Virus record (IMG/VR): IMGVR_UViG_3300025603_000009
Coordinates: 1-64,000 of that record
DNA from: a virus
DNA: 64,000 nt
Direction: 5' to 3' (one strand)
Within the stretch, counting starts at the first letter, position 1, and every line of letters begins with the position of its first letter. The notes under the pieces were generated by a model that saw nothing but the letters and a program-made list of their open reading frames with translations, made no database searches and had not been told where the DNA came from. Shown one piece after another: positions 1 through 11,600 of this stretch. The position numbers and the translations under genes are program-made.

Positions 1-25
1 TTAGAATAAAAAGGTGGGTGTTTAA

Positions 26-88
26 TTACCTACAACGGTGGTAATATGAGCCGTTTTTTCTATGGCTTATATTTAGTGTTAGCAGTAG
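26..88. repeat. attC-like imperfect palindrome (cassette-junction type)
   Basis: TACCTACAAC...GTTAGCAGTA ends (AAC 34-36 / GTT 78-80) enclose the inner stem AATATGAGCC/GGCTTATATT. Confidence 0.45.
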
Positions 89-182
89 TACGGTAATTAA
101 CCACAAATGCTCAATCGAAGAACTGAATTAAGCACTTGTAGGTAACACCCGAATAAATCACCCCCAACAAACAACTAAGAAA

Positions 183-428
183 ATGAACAGACAAGATAAA
201 ATAACAATATTTGTTAAGAGGCTACAAAAGCTAAATGTAGAAATAAAACTGTCTGCGAATTATCCTTGGATTTACATATCTCATATAAACGGAAAACAAG
301 TTACTGAAAAGTTCCAAGCCAATCACGGATTTACTGTAGCATTTACCCCGATTAAAAAAGGTCAAGAACTAGAGTTCACAGATATAAGAGAAATTTTTAA
401 ACTAGTAAGAAAGTATTGTGATAAATAA
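183..428 (+). CDS. hypothetical protein
   Basis: 81-aa ORF with an A-rich leader, co-oriented with neighbours. Confidence 0.7.
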   Translation: MNRQDKITIFVKRLQKLNVEIKLSANYPWIYISHINGKQVTEKFQANHGFTVAFTPIKKGQELEFTDIREIFKLVRKYCDK

Positions 429-486
429 TCTTCTTAGCGAATACTAGTACGTTGGCAAAATAGATACATTTTTTAATATTACAATT

Positions 487-801
487 ATGGAGTTTACACC
501 TAAAGATCCTGTTGGACATACAAGAGTAATTAAATGGTGTGTAGCAAGAGGAAATCGTGCCGCTTATAAATATAAATTTATGAGTTATTTTATTAATAAA
601 AATAAAATAAAATATGAATTGTACAAAAACGGTAAATATAGAGTTTATATTGTGTATTCAGATGATGAAAACATTAAAAATAAATTTTTAGAAATGACAG
701 TTTTAATATTCAATGAATGTTTCATTGATTTTCACATGAAAAAATTACTTTTAGCTGATAATAAATCTATTGAAAATATTAGTGATGCTAGAAAACGTTA
801 A
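487..801 (+). CDS. hypothetical protein
   Basis: 104-aa ORF in the co-oriented gene run. Confidence 0.6.
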   Translation: MEFTPKDPVGHTRVIKWCVARGNRAAYKYKFMSYFINKNKIKYELYKNGKYRVYIVYSDDENIKNKFLEMTVLIFNECFIDFHMKKLLLADNKSIENISDARKR

Positions 802-831
802 AATTTTATAACACATATAAAAAATTTAAAA

Positions 832-1104
832 ATGGAACAATTACGTATAAAAAACATTTCTGTTAAAAAAAAAGAACAGTATTTAGATACAAGTTTACCT
901 TTTGATTTAAAAGCTAAATTACTATTACATTATAAAGATAAAAACGGTTCACACATTGAACATTTTGATTCAAGTTATAATGCAATAAGGATTAATCATG
1001 CTTTAGATAACTTTAATAAAACATTACGTCCTGGAGAATCGGCACGTAAAGTAGTAGCAATATACGAAATAATGACAGCCGTTAAACTTACAAAATTATG
1101 TTAA
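832..1104 (+). CDS. hypothetical protein
   Basis: 90-aa ORF overlapping the next start. Confidence 0.65.
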   Translation: MEQLRIKNISVKKKEQYLDTSLPFDLKAKLLLHYKDKNGSHIEHFDSSYNAIRINHALDNFNKTLRPGESARKVVAIYEIMTAVKLTKLC

Positions 1105-1955
1105 TAGGTGTATCTGGAAAAATAGGAAGTGGTAAAGACACTTTTGGTAAAATGCTTGAGTATTTACATCATAAACATCTTAATAAAATTCCTCTTATAT
1201 CAGTAACAGAATTTTTAGATTCTTATGATGACGTATATACTAACGAAGATTATAACAATACTAACGGACTTTTTACAATAAAAAAGTTTGCAGACAAGTT
1301 AAAAGATGTAGTTTGTTTATTAATTAATTGTTCAAGAAAAGAATTAGAAAATCATGAATTTAAAAATAAACCTTTAGGTGAAGATTGGATACATTATAGG
1401 TATGCTGATGGTTTTACAAAAGATCATAATGGTAATACTTCAATGCTTAGTAAATCTTGTAGTAAAGATAAATATGAAGAAGAATTTAAAATAAATTGGT
1501 CTACTGCTTATAAAACTGTACTTACTCCTAGAATATTACTTCAATTATTAGGTACTGAATGTGGTAGACAAATTATTCATCCCAATATTTGGATTAATTC
1601 TTTAATGTCTACATATAAAGAATCATATAAAAATAATCGATATTATGCTAATAAGAATGTTTTTAATGTATCTGAAGAAGACGAAGTAAATAATCCAGCT
1701 ATGTATCCTAATTGGATCGTAACAGATTTAAGATTTCCTAACGAGTATGATGCTATTAAAGATAACGGGGGTATAACTGTTAGAATAACTCGTAATAATT
1801 CAGCTGAAAGTCAATCTACTCATGAATCTGAAACTGCTTTAGATAATTATAAAACCCACGATTACGAAATTACAAATGATGGTTCTTTACATGACCTTTA
1901 TTTAAGCGCAAACACTTTTTATGTAACTTTTATAAACACTAAATATAATGACTGA
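1098..1955 (+). CDS. deoxynucleoside monophosphate kinase (T4 gp1-like)
   Basis: P-loop LIGVSGKIGSGKDT plus FADKLKD, PRILLQLLGTE and IVTDLRFPNE family motifs. Confidence 0.9.
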   Translation: MLIGVSGKIGSGKDTFGKMLEYLHHKHLNKIPLISVTEFLDSYDDVYTNEDYNNTNGLFTIKKFADKLKDVVCLLINCSRKELENHEFKNKPLGEDWIHYRYADGFTKDHNGNTSMLSKSCSKDKYEEEFKINWSTAYKTVLTPRILLQLLGTECGRQIIHPNIWINSLMSTYKESYKNNRYYANKNVFNVSEEDEVNNPAMYPNWIVTDLRFPNEYDAIKDNGGITVRITRNNSAESQSTHESETALDNYKTHDYEITNDGSLHDLYLSANTFYVTFINTKYND

Positions 1956-2496
1956 AAAATTATTAGACCTAAATAATACTCCAAATGCGGAAGTATTAGT
2001 CAAGAAATTTACTAATAAAATTTTAGAAGGTACTATAGATTCTGTAAAAGCTGGTGTCATTTTAAAAATAATGGCTAAAGTATCTGAAGAAGTATTAGCT
2101 AATCCCGAAGTTAAAGCTACAATTAGCGTAGCTACTGTAAATGCTATTACAGGTCTTGCAAAAGGTGAAAGATTGTACGGAGCAAAAATTAGTTATCGTG
2201 CAACAAGTACACGATATGATTATAGTGATTGCGGTCACACAGAATATAATTCGTTAGTTGCAATTGAACAAATAATTAAAGAGCGTAAAAAAGCTATTGA
2301 AGATAAACTTAAACTTGTTCTTAAAGATTCAGAAGCATCGTATTCTAATTCTAAATCTTTAGGTATATCTACATTTACTGAAGATATTATTATAGCTGAT
2401 TTACCAAAATTAACTTTTGAACCAAATGGTGAAATTGTTTCAGTTAAAGCACCCATTAAATACCAATCAAAAGGTTGTGTATATTCTTTTAAATAA
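1948..2496 (+). CDS. hypothetical phage protein
   Basis: 182-aa ORF overlapping the kinase stop; RYDYSDCG motif followed by a coiled coil. Confidence 0.75.
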   Translation: MTEKLLDLNNTPNAEVLVKKFTNKILEGTIDSVKAGVILKIMAKVSEEVLANPEVKATISVATVNAITGLAKGERLYGAKISYRATSTRYDYSDCGHTEYNSLVAIEQIIKERKKAIEDKLKLVLKDSEASYSNSKSLGISTFTEDIIIADLPKLTFEPNGEIVSVKAPIKYQSKGCVYSFK

Positions 2497-2526
2497 TAAT
2501 TAATTAACAATTAAAAATTTATTGTA

Positions 2527-3018
2527 ATGTCAGATTTAAAAATTACACCTAACAACGATATTATACCTTTTGCCAAACTTCATGGAAAAGCTAAAAATAT
2601 TGCTATACGTACACCTAAAATAACTGTTGAAAAATACATAGAATTATTTTCTTGGTTACAGTGTTCAAAAAATGCATACATTACTGCAATGCCTACGCAT
2701 AGTAAAGTTACAGAATCAGGTATATTTATTAATGAAGAATCTGCTAAAGAAGACTGGGCAGAAAGTGCTCGATTTGGTTATCCAATTATTAGTATAGGTG
2801 CAAATTGTAAAGAATACGAGCCACTTATAAAACTACATTTGTTAGCTTCAATGTCTGGACAACCGTTAAAAACTTTTGAAGTTGTTGTTGCATCTCCTGA
2901 TTATCCTGATGAAAGGGCTTGTGACCGAGTTTATTTAGTGGCTGTTCACCGTGTTGAAAGTATAGTTTCTTTAGTTAATCCCGATGATGTAAAGTTAGAT
3001 AAAAATTATAAATTTTAA
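2527..3018 (+). CDS. putative divergent GroES-like co-chaperonin
   Basis: KVTESGIFI resembles the GroES mobile loop (KTxSGIII), followed by IISIG. Confidence 0.45.
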   Translation: MSDLKITPNNDIIPFAKLHGKAKNIAIRTPKITVEKYIELFSWLQCSKNAYITAMPTHSKVTESGIFINEESAKEDWAESARFGYPIISIGANCKEYEPLIKLHLLASMSGQPLKTFEVVVASPDYPDERACDRVYLVAVHRVESIVSLVNPDDVKLDKNYKF

Positions 3019-3023
3019 GAGAT

Positions 3024-4040
3024 ATGGCTGATAATATAAATTACGCAAAGGGTAAACACTCTTTTGCCAGTGCTGTTTTACCAGCATGGCATAATCTAGG
3101 TCAAATTGTTGACCATGCTATGACTTCTGAAGAAGCTATAGTTGCATCTGGATTAGATTTTACTGTTAAACTTACACCTGTTGTAGGTGAAGTTTATAAT
3201 AAGTCTATAGGAAGGAACATACCTTTAGAAACAAATAAATTTATTACATATCGTGATGATATATATGAATCTTTAGGTGTTGTTGGTGCAAGATATGAAC
3301 CACTTCAAAATGTTAACGCATTTGATTTTTTCGATGAAATTGTAGGTTCTAAAGAAGCTATATACGAAACTGCTGGTGCGTTAGGTAATGGAGAAATAAT
3401 TTTTATTACTGCTAAATTACCTAATCAAATTAGAATTGGAAATTCTGATGATGTTACTGATATGTATTTGTTATTAACAACAAGTCATGATGGTTCAGGT
3501 GCTACAAAAGTAATGTTTACACCAACAAGAGTTGTTTGTGCTAATACTTTAGCAAGTGGTATAAATAACGCAAAACGTAAGTTTTCTGTTAGGCACACAG
3601 TTAACGCTAAAAATAGACTTGAAGAAGGTAAAAAAATTCTTCAAGTAAGTCATGTATTAAGTGACGAATTAAATGAAATTTTTAATGCTATGTCTAAAAC
3701 TCGTGTTTCAGACAATGTAGTAGAAAAGTACATTACTAATGTTTTTTATGATTCTAAAGAACTACAATCTATAGTAGATGGTAATAGTAATGAAGTAATT
3801 TCTACTCGTAAAAGAAACACTGTTAAAGACACTATTAATTATTATCATACGGGAGTAGGTCAAGATATGATTACTACTAAAGGTACTTTGTGGGGGGCAT
3901 ATAATGCTGTTACAGGTTACTTTCAAAATAATAAATCTTATACTACAAACGAAAAAAAGTTTAATTCTATTTTAACTGATCAAGGTACATCTAAAAAATT
4001 AACTGAACGTGCTTTTGATTTAACTAGTAAATATCTTTAA
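3024..4040 (+). CDS. DUF932 family phage/plasmid protein
   Basis: PAWHNLG, LGVVGARYEPLQN, YETAGAL, LLLTTSHDGSGA, TPTRVVCANTL and GTLWGAYNAVT motifs. Confidence 0.9.
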   Translation: MADNINYAKGKHSFASAVLPAWHNLGQIVDHAMTSEEAIVASGLDFTVKLTPVVGEVYNKSIGRNIPLETNKFITYRDDIYESLGVVGARYEPLQNVNAFDFFDEIVGSKEAIYETAGALGNGEIIFITAKLPNQIRIGNSDDVTDMYLLLTTSHDGSGATKVMFTPTRVVCANTLASGINNAKRKFSVRHTVNAKNRLEEGKKILQVSHVLSDELNEIFNAMSKTRVSDNVVEKYITNVFYDSKELQSIVDGNSNEVISTRKRNTVKDTINYYHTGVGQDMITTKGTLWGAYNAVTGYFQNNKSYTTNEKKFNSILTDQGTSKKLTERAFDLTSKYL

Positions 4041-4042
4041 TC

Positions 4043-4073
4043 AAAAAAGGAGGTAGAAATACCTCCTTTTTTT
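4043..4073 (+). terminator. intrinsic terminator (potentially bidirectional)
   Basis: A6-GGAGGTA-GAAA-TACCTCC-T7 immediately after the stop. Confidence 0.85.
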
Positions 4074-4084
4074 AATATTTTGAC

Positions 4085-4756
4085 ATGAACGAAATTGATT
4101 TATACGAAAAGTTAGAAACTCTTGTAGATGGTATTAATTTAACACAAGAGGGACTTGAACAAGTCGTGCAAACACTGACTACTGAAGAATCACATAAATT
4201 TCAAACTACAGTTGATGTAGAAGAATTTATGAATACAATGGAACAACGTATTGCAAAATATCCAGAAATTCCTAAAACTAATACTGTAATATTGCGTATT
4301 AAATTACTTCTTGAAGAAGTTGTAGAATTTGCTGTTGCGGCTTTAGGTAAAAAAACTGGAATTGAAGCTTTAAATGCAATTGTAGACGGGCAACATAAAA
4401 ATAAATTTTTAGATCCTAAATGGGAAAATCCAAATATTGTTGAAATAGCTGATGCATTTGCTGATATTGAATATGTACTACATGGAGCAATTGCTGCTTT
4501 TGGTATGCAAGATATATTTAAAGAATGTTTTGATGCAGTTCATGCTAATAATATGACTAAATCTGTAGAAAATAGAACTACTGCAGAAGCAACTGTAAAT
4601 ATTCTTTCTAATCAAAATATAAAAGCTAGCGTAAAAGAAACTAAAACTGGCAGATATTTAATTACAAGAGATGGAGATAATAAAATTCTTAAACCTTCTA
4701 ATTATAAATCCGTCGATTTAACAATTATTGTTAACCAAAACATAAGGAAAAAATGA
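4085..4756 (+). CDS. MazG-like nucleotide pyrophosphohydrolase
   Basis: LLLEEVVEF, EIADAFADIEYV, VHANNMTK and KILKP motifs. Confidence 0.85.
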   Translation: MNEIDLYEKLETLVDGINLTQEGLEQVVQTLTTEESHKFQTTVDVEEFMNTMEQRIAKYPEIPKTNTVILRIKLLLEEVVEFAVAALGKKTGIEALNAIVDGQHKNKFLDPKWENPNIVEIADAFADIEYVLHGAIAAFGMQDIFKECFDAVHANNMTKSVENRTTAEATVNILSNQNIKASVKETKTGRYLITRDGDNKILKPSNYKSVDLTIIVNQNIRKK

Positions 4757-5424
4757 TAGATAAGCAACTAGAAAAAGAAGCTCAAAATTTATTTTCACTG
4801 TTTCATATATGTATGAGATACATGGATACTATGCTTGATAACAAATATTTTGTTAAAGAAGAGAAGCAAAGAGCTAATAATCTTATGGCATTTTTAACTA
4901 AACGTTGTGATACTTATTGGAACACTATAAAAAATAATGTAGACAATGAAGAACTTACTATTTACAGTAATCTTATAGAAGATTTTGAAAGTATTATAGT
5001 AAGTATGAGAACAATGTCGCCATTTGAAGTAAAGTGTGTATATGAAACTGCGAAAGTTATACCTTCTTATATTACTACAGAAAAAACTATTATTGATATT
5101 AATGAAATAGTAAAAACTCATGTACATCCTCAAGCTGTTGTATCTTTAAGTCAATTATTAGCTAAAAGTAGTAAAAAAGATATAGATGTACTTGTTATAA
5201 ATGTCAATGGTATCAATTGTAAAATTTCTAGTACTCACGGTAATGTAATAGTGTTTGAATATGACACTAGTGAAGGAAAACGCAATTTTGCATACACGAT
5301 TAATAACTTAGATACTGAAACTTTGTGTAGTATAAATAATTTTTTGTATACTAGGTTACAAATTAGTGAAAAAACTAAACTACCCTCGTTAGAATCAGCT
5401 ACAGAACACACAACTGTACAATAG
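4753..5424 (+). CDS. hypothetical protein
   Basis: 223-aa ORF; last + strand gene before the convergence point. Confidence 0.75.
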   Translation: MIDKQLEKEAQNLFSLFHICMRYMDTMLDNKYFVKEEKQRANNLMAFLTKRCDTYWNTIKNNVDNEELTIYSNLIEDFESIIVSMRTMSPFEVKCVYETAKVIPSYITTEKTIIDINEIVKTHVHPQAVVSLSQLLAKSSKKDIDVLVINVNGINCKISSTHGNVIVFEYDTSEGKRNFAYTINNLDTETLCSINNFLYTRLQISEKTKLPSLESATEHTTVQ

Positions 5425-5491
5425 CACAGTATAGACCACTACAGCAAATTTAACGTAAATAGCGTGTAACTTGTTGATTATCAGACAGTTA

Positions 5492-5530
5492 GAAGCCATG
5501 ATTACTTATTGTAGTCATGGCTTCATTTTT
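5492..5530. terminator. terminator hairpin between the convergent gene blocks
   Basis: GAAGCCATGATTAC-TTATT-GTAGTCATGGCTTC followed by a T tract. Confidence 0.75.
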
Positions 5531-5618
5531 CCCCCTTTTATTTAACTTAATCAACAATTATACACCTATCATATCTAAAAACAGCTTCTAAAAAAAATTT
5601 ACGTCCGTAAGTGGATAA

Positions 5619-8600
5619 TTATTTGCGATAAACTCCTTGACCTGTACTATATAGTCTATATGCTTGTGTTCCAAGTGGCATTAATTGTAATGTTTCACGT
5701 AGTAATCTACTATCACCTGAATAAATACCCGTTGCAATAGTATCATCATTTTGTATAAATCTACCACCAGCAATAATAAACTCATATAAATCTGTAACTA
5801 ATGTACTTACAGGAATAAGATTTTTCATAAGTGCTTGTTGCTCTTGTGGATTTACATAAAATGTTATATCTGTTTGCATACGAGTTAACATATTTATTAA
5901 ATAGTTTGAATAAAGTTTTTGATCTTCATCATCATCATCTAATGACGCTTTAATTAAAACGTGAATTGCAATAAGTCCTGCATATATAACTAACTCTTGT
6001 AAATTAGCTCGCATATTAGCAGCATCTACTTCATTAAATCTATCATCAAATTTAGTATCTCTAAAAGTAGCTTTTCTAAATAATTGATTTAATGTAAATA
6101 CAACATTAGATATACCACTTGTTTCTATATTAGATACTTTAGGTGTAAAATATAAACTACTTATAGTTCTATATCTACCTTTACGAGTATATTCTAAGTG
6201 TGAATCATACTTTTCACTTTCAATACGTGAAGCCCAACCTTCAAACATCCAAGTTCTAAACTGTGCTAACGCTCTACCTAAAAACTTACGTTTAATAGCT
6301 AAAGGTGACAAGTGGTCATAATTACCATGATTCTTTTTAATAACTTGATCTAAGTTATTTTTAAATCTATTAGAAGATTTATTATGTGCATAATCAGCAG
6401 GATTACCACTCCATTCATTATTTTCAGCAAACTCTTGTGTATTCCAATTACCTTCATTATCATATGCTTCCCATAAAGTACGTTCTTCTCCATTAAGATC
6501 AGTAATTTTTTTGTTTAACATCATAGCAATCATTACAGGAGCTTGATTTAAATACTCACTACGCTTCTGTAAATTATATGCTTCTAAAAACTTTAATCTT
6601 GTATTTAATGTTGTTTCTTTAGAAGTTTTATAAAGTTCATTTGACGCATCTTTTAATACATCAAATTTATCCATAATCGCTCTAATTTTAAGAGCCAACA
6701 TTGCAACATTTGATTGATCAAATTTATCTAATTGGTGTGCAGTTAAATTTCTACCTATACTACTCCAAGTCATTCTATACGCTTTACGTAATTGACCTTG
6801 TGTATAATCTCTACCATCAGCAGCAGTAATTAAATTAGAAATATAACCAAATCCCATGTTAGCTACAGCAGAAAATGTATTCCAACCCATACCTTTAAGT
6901 TGCATCCACTGTAAAAGATTATCTCCTACACGTGAAGCAGCAATATATCCACCTACATTTTCTGCTTTAAGTTCTAATTCAGCCCTAAGTGATGTATATT
7001 CTTCATCTTCAATATCATTATTAACTTTTAATAATTCTAATTCTTTTAATAAATCTTCATACTTTTTCTTTTCAGCTTTTTCAATAGGCGTAAGAAATTT
7101 GATATTACTTACACCTTCTACTTCACGGGCGTACCCATAAAATACTTTAAAATAATTTTCGTAAGCAGTACGTAAATTTTTAAAACTATCAATTTCTGAC
7201 TTCTGTACAACGTTATCATACGGATCAGTAATTTTTTCATTTTTAGGAGTAAATCTACTTTCTCTTGATTCGTTAATAATGTTTCTAGCAATTTGAACAT
7301 AATCTTCAATAGCTGATTTGTGTTTATAACTTAACACTGCCATTGAATACGCTTTAATAACTTTACCTAAATCAAATGATTTAGTTTCTGCAACTTCATT
7401 AGTAGCTTTTCTACGTAAATTTTGAACATAAACTAAATCAGGTTCAGAATTAGTTTTAATACGAAATTCTAAAACACCTTTTTCAACTATTTGATCAATT
7501 GCACGTTTTTGATCGGGTAACATTTTTACTTCAAGTTGTGCATCAACTTCTCCTGTTATAGGGTCAATATCTCCATACATTGTATCTTTAATACTACCTT
7601 CTGTTGTACTAGCAATAAGTTTATCATATACAGAAGCTAACCCAGTTTTAAGTCCACCTTCATCAAACTGTTCTATTACAGCTTTTAAAATAGTTGGAAG
7701 TGTATTTACTTGTACGTTTTTACGACTATTGTAAGGTAAATATTTATGTAATGATGAAAAAGTATCAATCATAAATTCATAAAATTCACTTAATGTTTCA
7801 TCATTAGCAATAGTATCAAATCTTGAATCATTCCATATAGTAGCTTCACCAGTTTCTAAATTAGTTTTACGTGGTGTTTCATATGTAAAACGATGACCCA
7901 TAGGTTTAATAAAATTACCATCAATTTTAATACTTTTACCTTTATTAACAGCGTTACTATAATAATAAGGAGAATTTTCAATTTCCCATATTTTCATACG
8001 TTTCTGACGCTCTGACAAGCTACCAAATCCATTATCTACAATCTCACTGTACATGACGTCGAACTCTTCAAAGAACGTCGCCATACGTGCTTCCATACGC
8101 TTTGACAGAACGTTGTAGCGATATTCCCCCATATTGTTTTTTAACTCTGCAATATGTTTTGCTTTAGCTTTTTCATCAAATTTTCCAACATACGTTAATC
8201 TATCATCTGCAACAACAGGTGGAGCTAATAATCTAGCATCCATTAAAATTTCATTATTATGTTTCCAATCAAAATAATTATCCCACATAGCAGGATTATC
8301 AGATTCATTAGCACGATTAAATAATGCTTTTTTAGTCTCAAAAAATTCTTGTGTATAAGGATATATAATATTACCAGTTTTTTCACCCGTATTATATTTT
8401 TGCATAAACGGTTCATACAATGCTGTACCATTTGTTGTTTGTTGTATAGCTTTTAATTTTGCTTGAACTTCAGGAAGTAAACTATCTAGTTTAGCGTAAA
8501 TTTTATTTGCTTCATCAAATGCTCTTGAATTTGCATTTTTAACAGCATCAGATACTAAATCTAACATTACAAAACCGTATCTACTAATATCTAATACATT

Positions 8601-11600
8601 AGCAGATGCAACACTAATATCAGCTTTATTTGATAATTCTTCAGTAACGTCAGAATCAGGACTTCGTTCTCTTACAAAATCATTCATACTTTCAATATTC
8701 AATATAGAAAGTTTAGTATCAAATTGATTTATTTTTCCTTCAATTGAAGAAAACATATTAGAAATAGTTTCACTAAGTTTTTCTGCATCATTTAAGAAAA
8801 TTTCACTAGCATTTTTCCACAAGTGAATTAACTTTTTAGCATAAAGAAGATCACCAGTTGTCATATCATTACTAAAGATAACTTCTAATTCATCTATATC
8901 TTTTTTAGCAAAAATTGCAATTTCTTCAACAGTTAAAGCATCAGTTAATTCATCTATTTCTATATTTAAATCAGCAATTGTATCTTCTAATACATTTACA
9001 CGATAAAAATCTTTGTTATTATTTGCTGTAGCTATTTGTTGATACAACATTTTTTTACGTGAACGTAAATTTCCTATTAGTTTATTAAAACGATTAGAAT
9101 TTACATCAGTTGAATCTCCACTACTTAATGCAAAATCTGTAGTATCTTCTTCAACTACAATAACATAACCATAGCCATCTGCACGAGCAGTAGCTTTAAT
9201 ACCACTGTATTGCTTATTAATGTGACTAGCAATACCAGGGTCAGTTTTTAAAGTCCAACCACCTTTACGATTTTTAAGTTTAAATCTTTTTATAATATCC
9301 TGTACAGTGCTACGTTGTTTTGCGCCCGTGATAGAAAGATCACGATCTTTAAATTGATTAAGTAGTGTATTATATAATTTAGTATCAGAAGCATTTCCAA
9401 ATTCAACATATATTAAATTATCTTTAGCATTTTTTAACGCGGTTACAAATTCAGGATTTGTAGCGTGTAAATAAGTAAAAAATAATTTCATTGATTCTTT
9501 AAGTTGTACATTAGTAATATTACTATTACCTTTAAATGCTAAATAGGCTTCTTCTAAATTAGCATAATTATACATACCTAATGATATACCCCCACTATTT
9601 TTAGGATTTAATACAGAATCTTTAGTTACTTTGACAACATTTTTAGCGGGTTTACCAGTTTTTGTTTCAAGTAAAGATAACACATAAGTCATAGCTGCTT
9701 CAAGTTCGCTATTTTCATTAATGTTAGTACCTGTAAATAGTTGTGAAATGTATTCAACTATTTTTTTCCAAAAACTAATATCATCATTATAATTAGTTTC
9801 ATTTAACAGTGCTTGAAAATCTGGTGAAGTTAAAGCTAATGCAACGTATTCTTTAATATTATAACCAGCATAAATTACTTCAGCTTCTTCTTCAGTAATT
9901 ACAACGTCTTTCTTTTGTTTTAATCGTTCAATTTTTTGTACAAGTGCTTGCAATTTTTTACTATCTACTCTATTTCTAAAATTAATAAACAAACCATTAA
10001 TTTTAGCTACAAGTTGTATTTCTTCAGCCGTTTTAGGATTTATAAGTGTACTATTTAAAGCAGAGTGTACTAATTCGTGCAACATTACCTTCTCTAATTC
10101 AGCAGAATCTTGTAAAGCATCAGGATTAAACGTTAAAACTTTAGTTGCATTATTAAATTGTGCAGGATTACCTTTAGATAATCTTACATCTATTTGTAAT
10201 GCAGCTAATTCAAGTTTTGAACTATTTGCAAGAAGTGCTTCGGCTACTAATTTATTTCTTGAATTAGTAGATTTTTCTATAACCGTCTTTAAAAAATCTT
10301 TTGTTCTTTCAACAGCATTTTTTTTACTTATAAGACCATAACTTTCAGCAGTACTTTGTTTAAGTACATTTTTAACTTTTTTATTGTCAATAGGTGTTGT
10401 TTCTAATGTAGGATTATTAGCGGGTAATTCATAAGTAGTAGTTTTATTACCGACCATCATTGATTTTGCAACTTCTGCTCCAGCATCATATTCAGAATGA
10501 CCGTGTGCATCACCCAATCTATCAAGAATAACATACGTATTACCAACTCTAAGATAAGGATAAAACTTTTTATTTGTAGGATTTCTATATTTAATCATTG
10601 AAGGTACCGAGTTCATATCTAACCCTTCAATATAAATATTAAGACTATCATTATTTATTGTACCATCTTCATTTACTAAAGGGTCAATAAAATCTAATTC
10701 TTCTCCATTTTGCAATTCGTTAACATTATGTTGAAAATATTGCATAGCCATAAAACTAACTCTTTCTCTTACTCCTGTAGATAGTCCAAATAAAGAGGCG
10801 TTATTTAATGAAGCATTTTCAGTAAGTTGTTTTGCTATACCAGAACGAATAAGATATTGTGGTGGAATATATTTAACATATTGAACAGCACTTTGAACAC
10901 CACCATTTAAATACATTAACTGTATTAATGATTCCATTAATCGTGTTGTTGTCCACTCTTCACCATTGTACGTACCTATAACTTCATTAGAAGTTAATAA
11001 ATCAGCAACAGCACTATATATTGCAGTTTCATCTGAATTTTCAGCTGTACTTGCATACATCATAATATCAGCAGGTAACGAACTATTTTTACTTGGCGTA
11101 GCTTGTAATCTACTTAAAAAAGCATTTTGTCCAATAGGTTTATTTCTTAAATCTAATAATATTGAAGCAACAGACATATGAATATGTTCTGTATTTATAC
11201 CATCAAATGTATATTTATCATACATTAATTGTGAACGTGATTCAAATGCGTCATCAGTAATTGTATCAAGCGAAGTATATACAAAAGACTTCATAGCATT
11301 AAAAACTTTTATTCGTCTTTCAATGCTAGTATTTAAATTAAACTCTGCGCCAGCAAGTCTTTCAATTTCATCTACAACTCTACTTGGTACTGCATTTGTA
11401 TAAGGAAAGAATTTTGACCAAGATGCTACAGTTGTATTTAAAGCATAAACTGTAGCCATACCATTAATAGTACGTGGTCTTATATAGGTTGTAGCATTAA
11501 TTTTAACATAACCTAATTTTAAAAAAGTTTCTGAATCAAGATCTTGTCCTATAGGTACTTTTTTATAATCTCCAATAATAGCTTCAACATTCATAATGTT

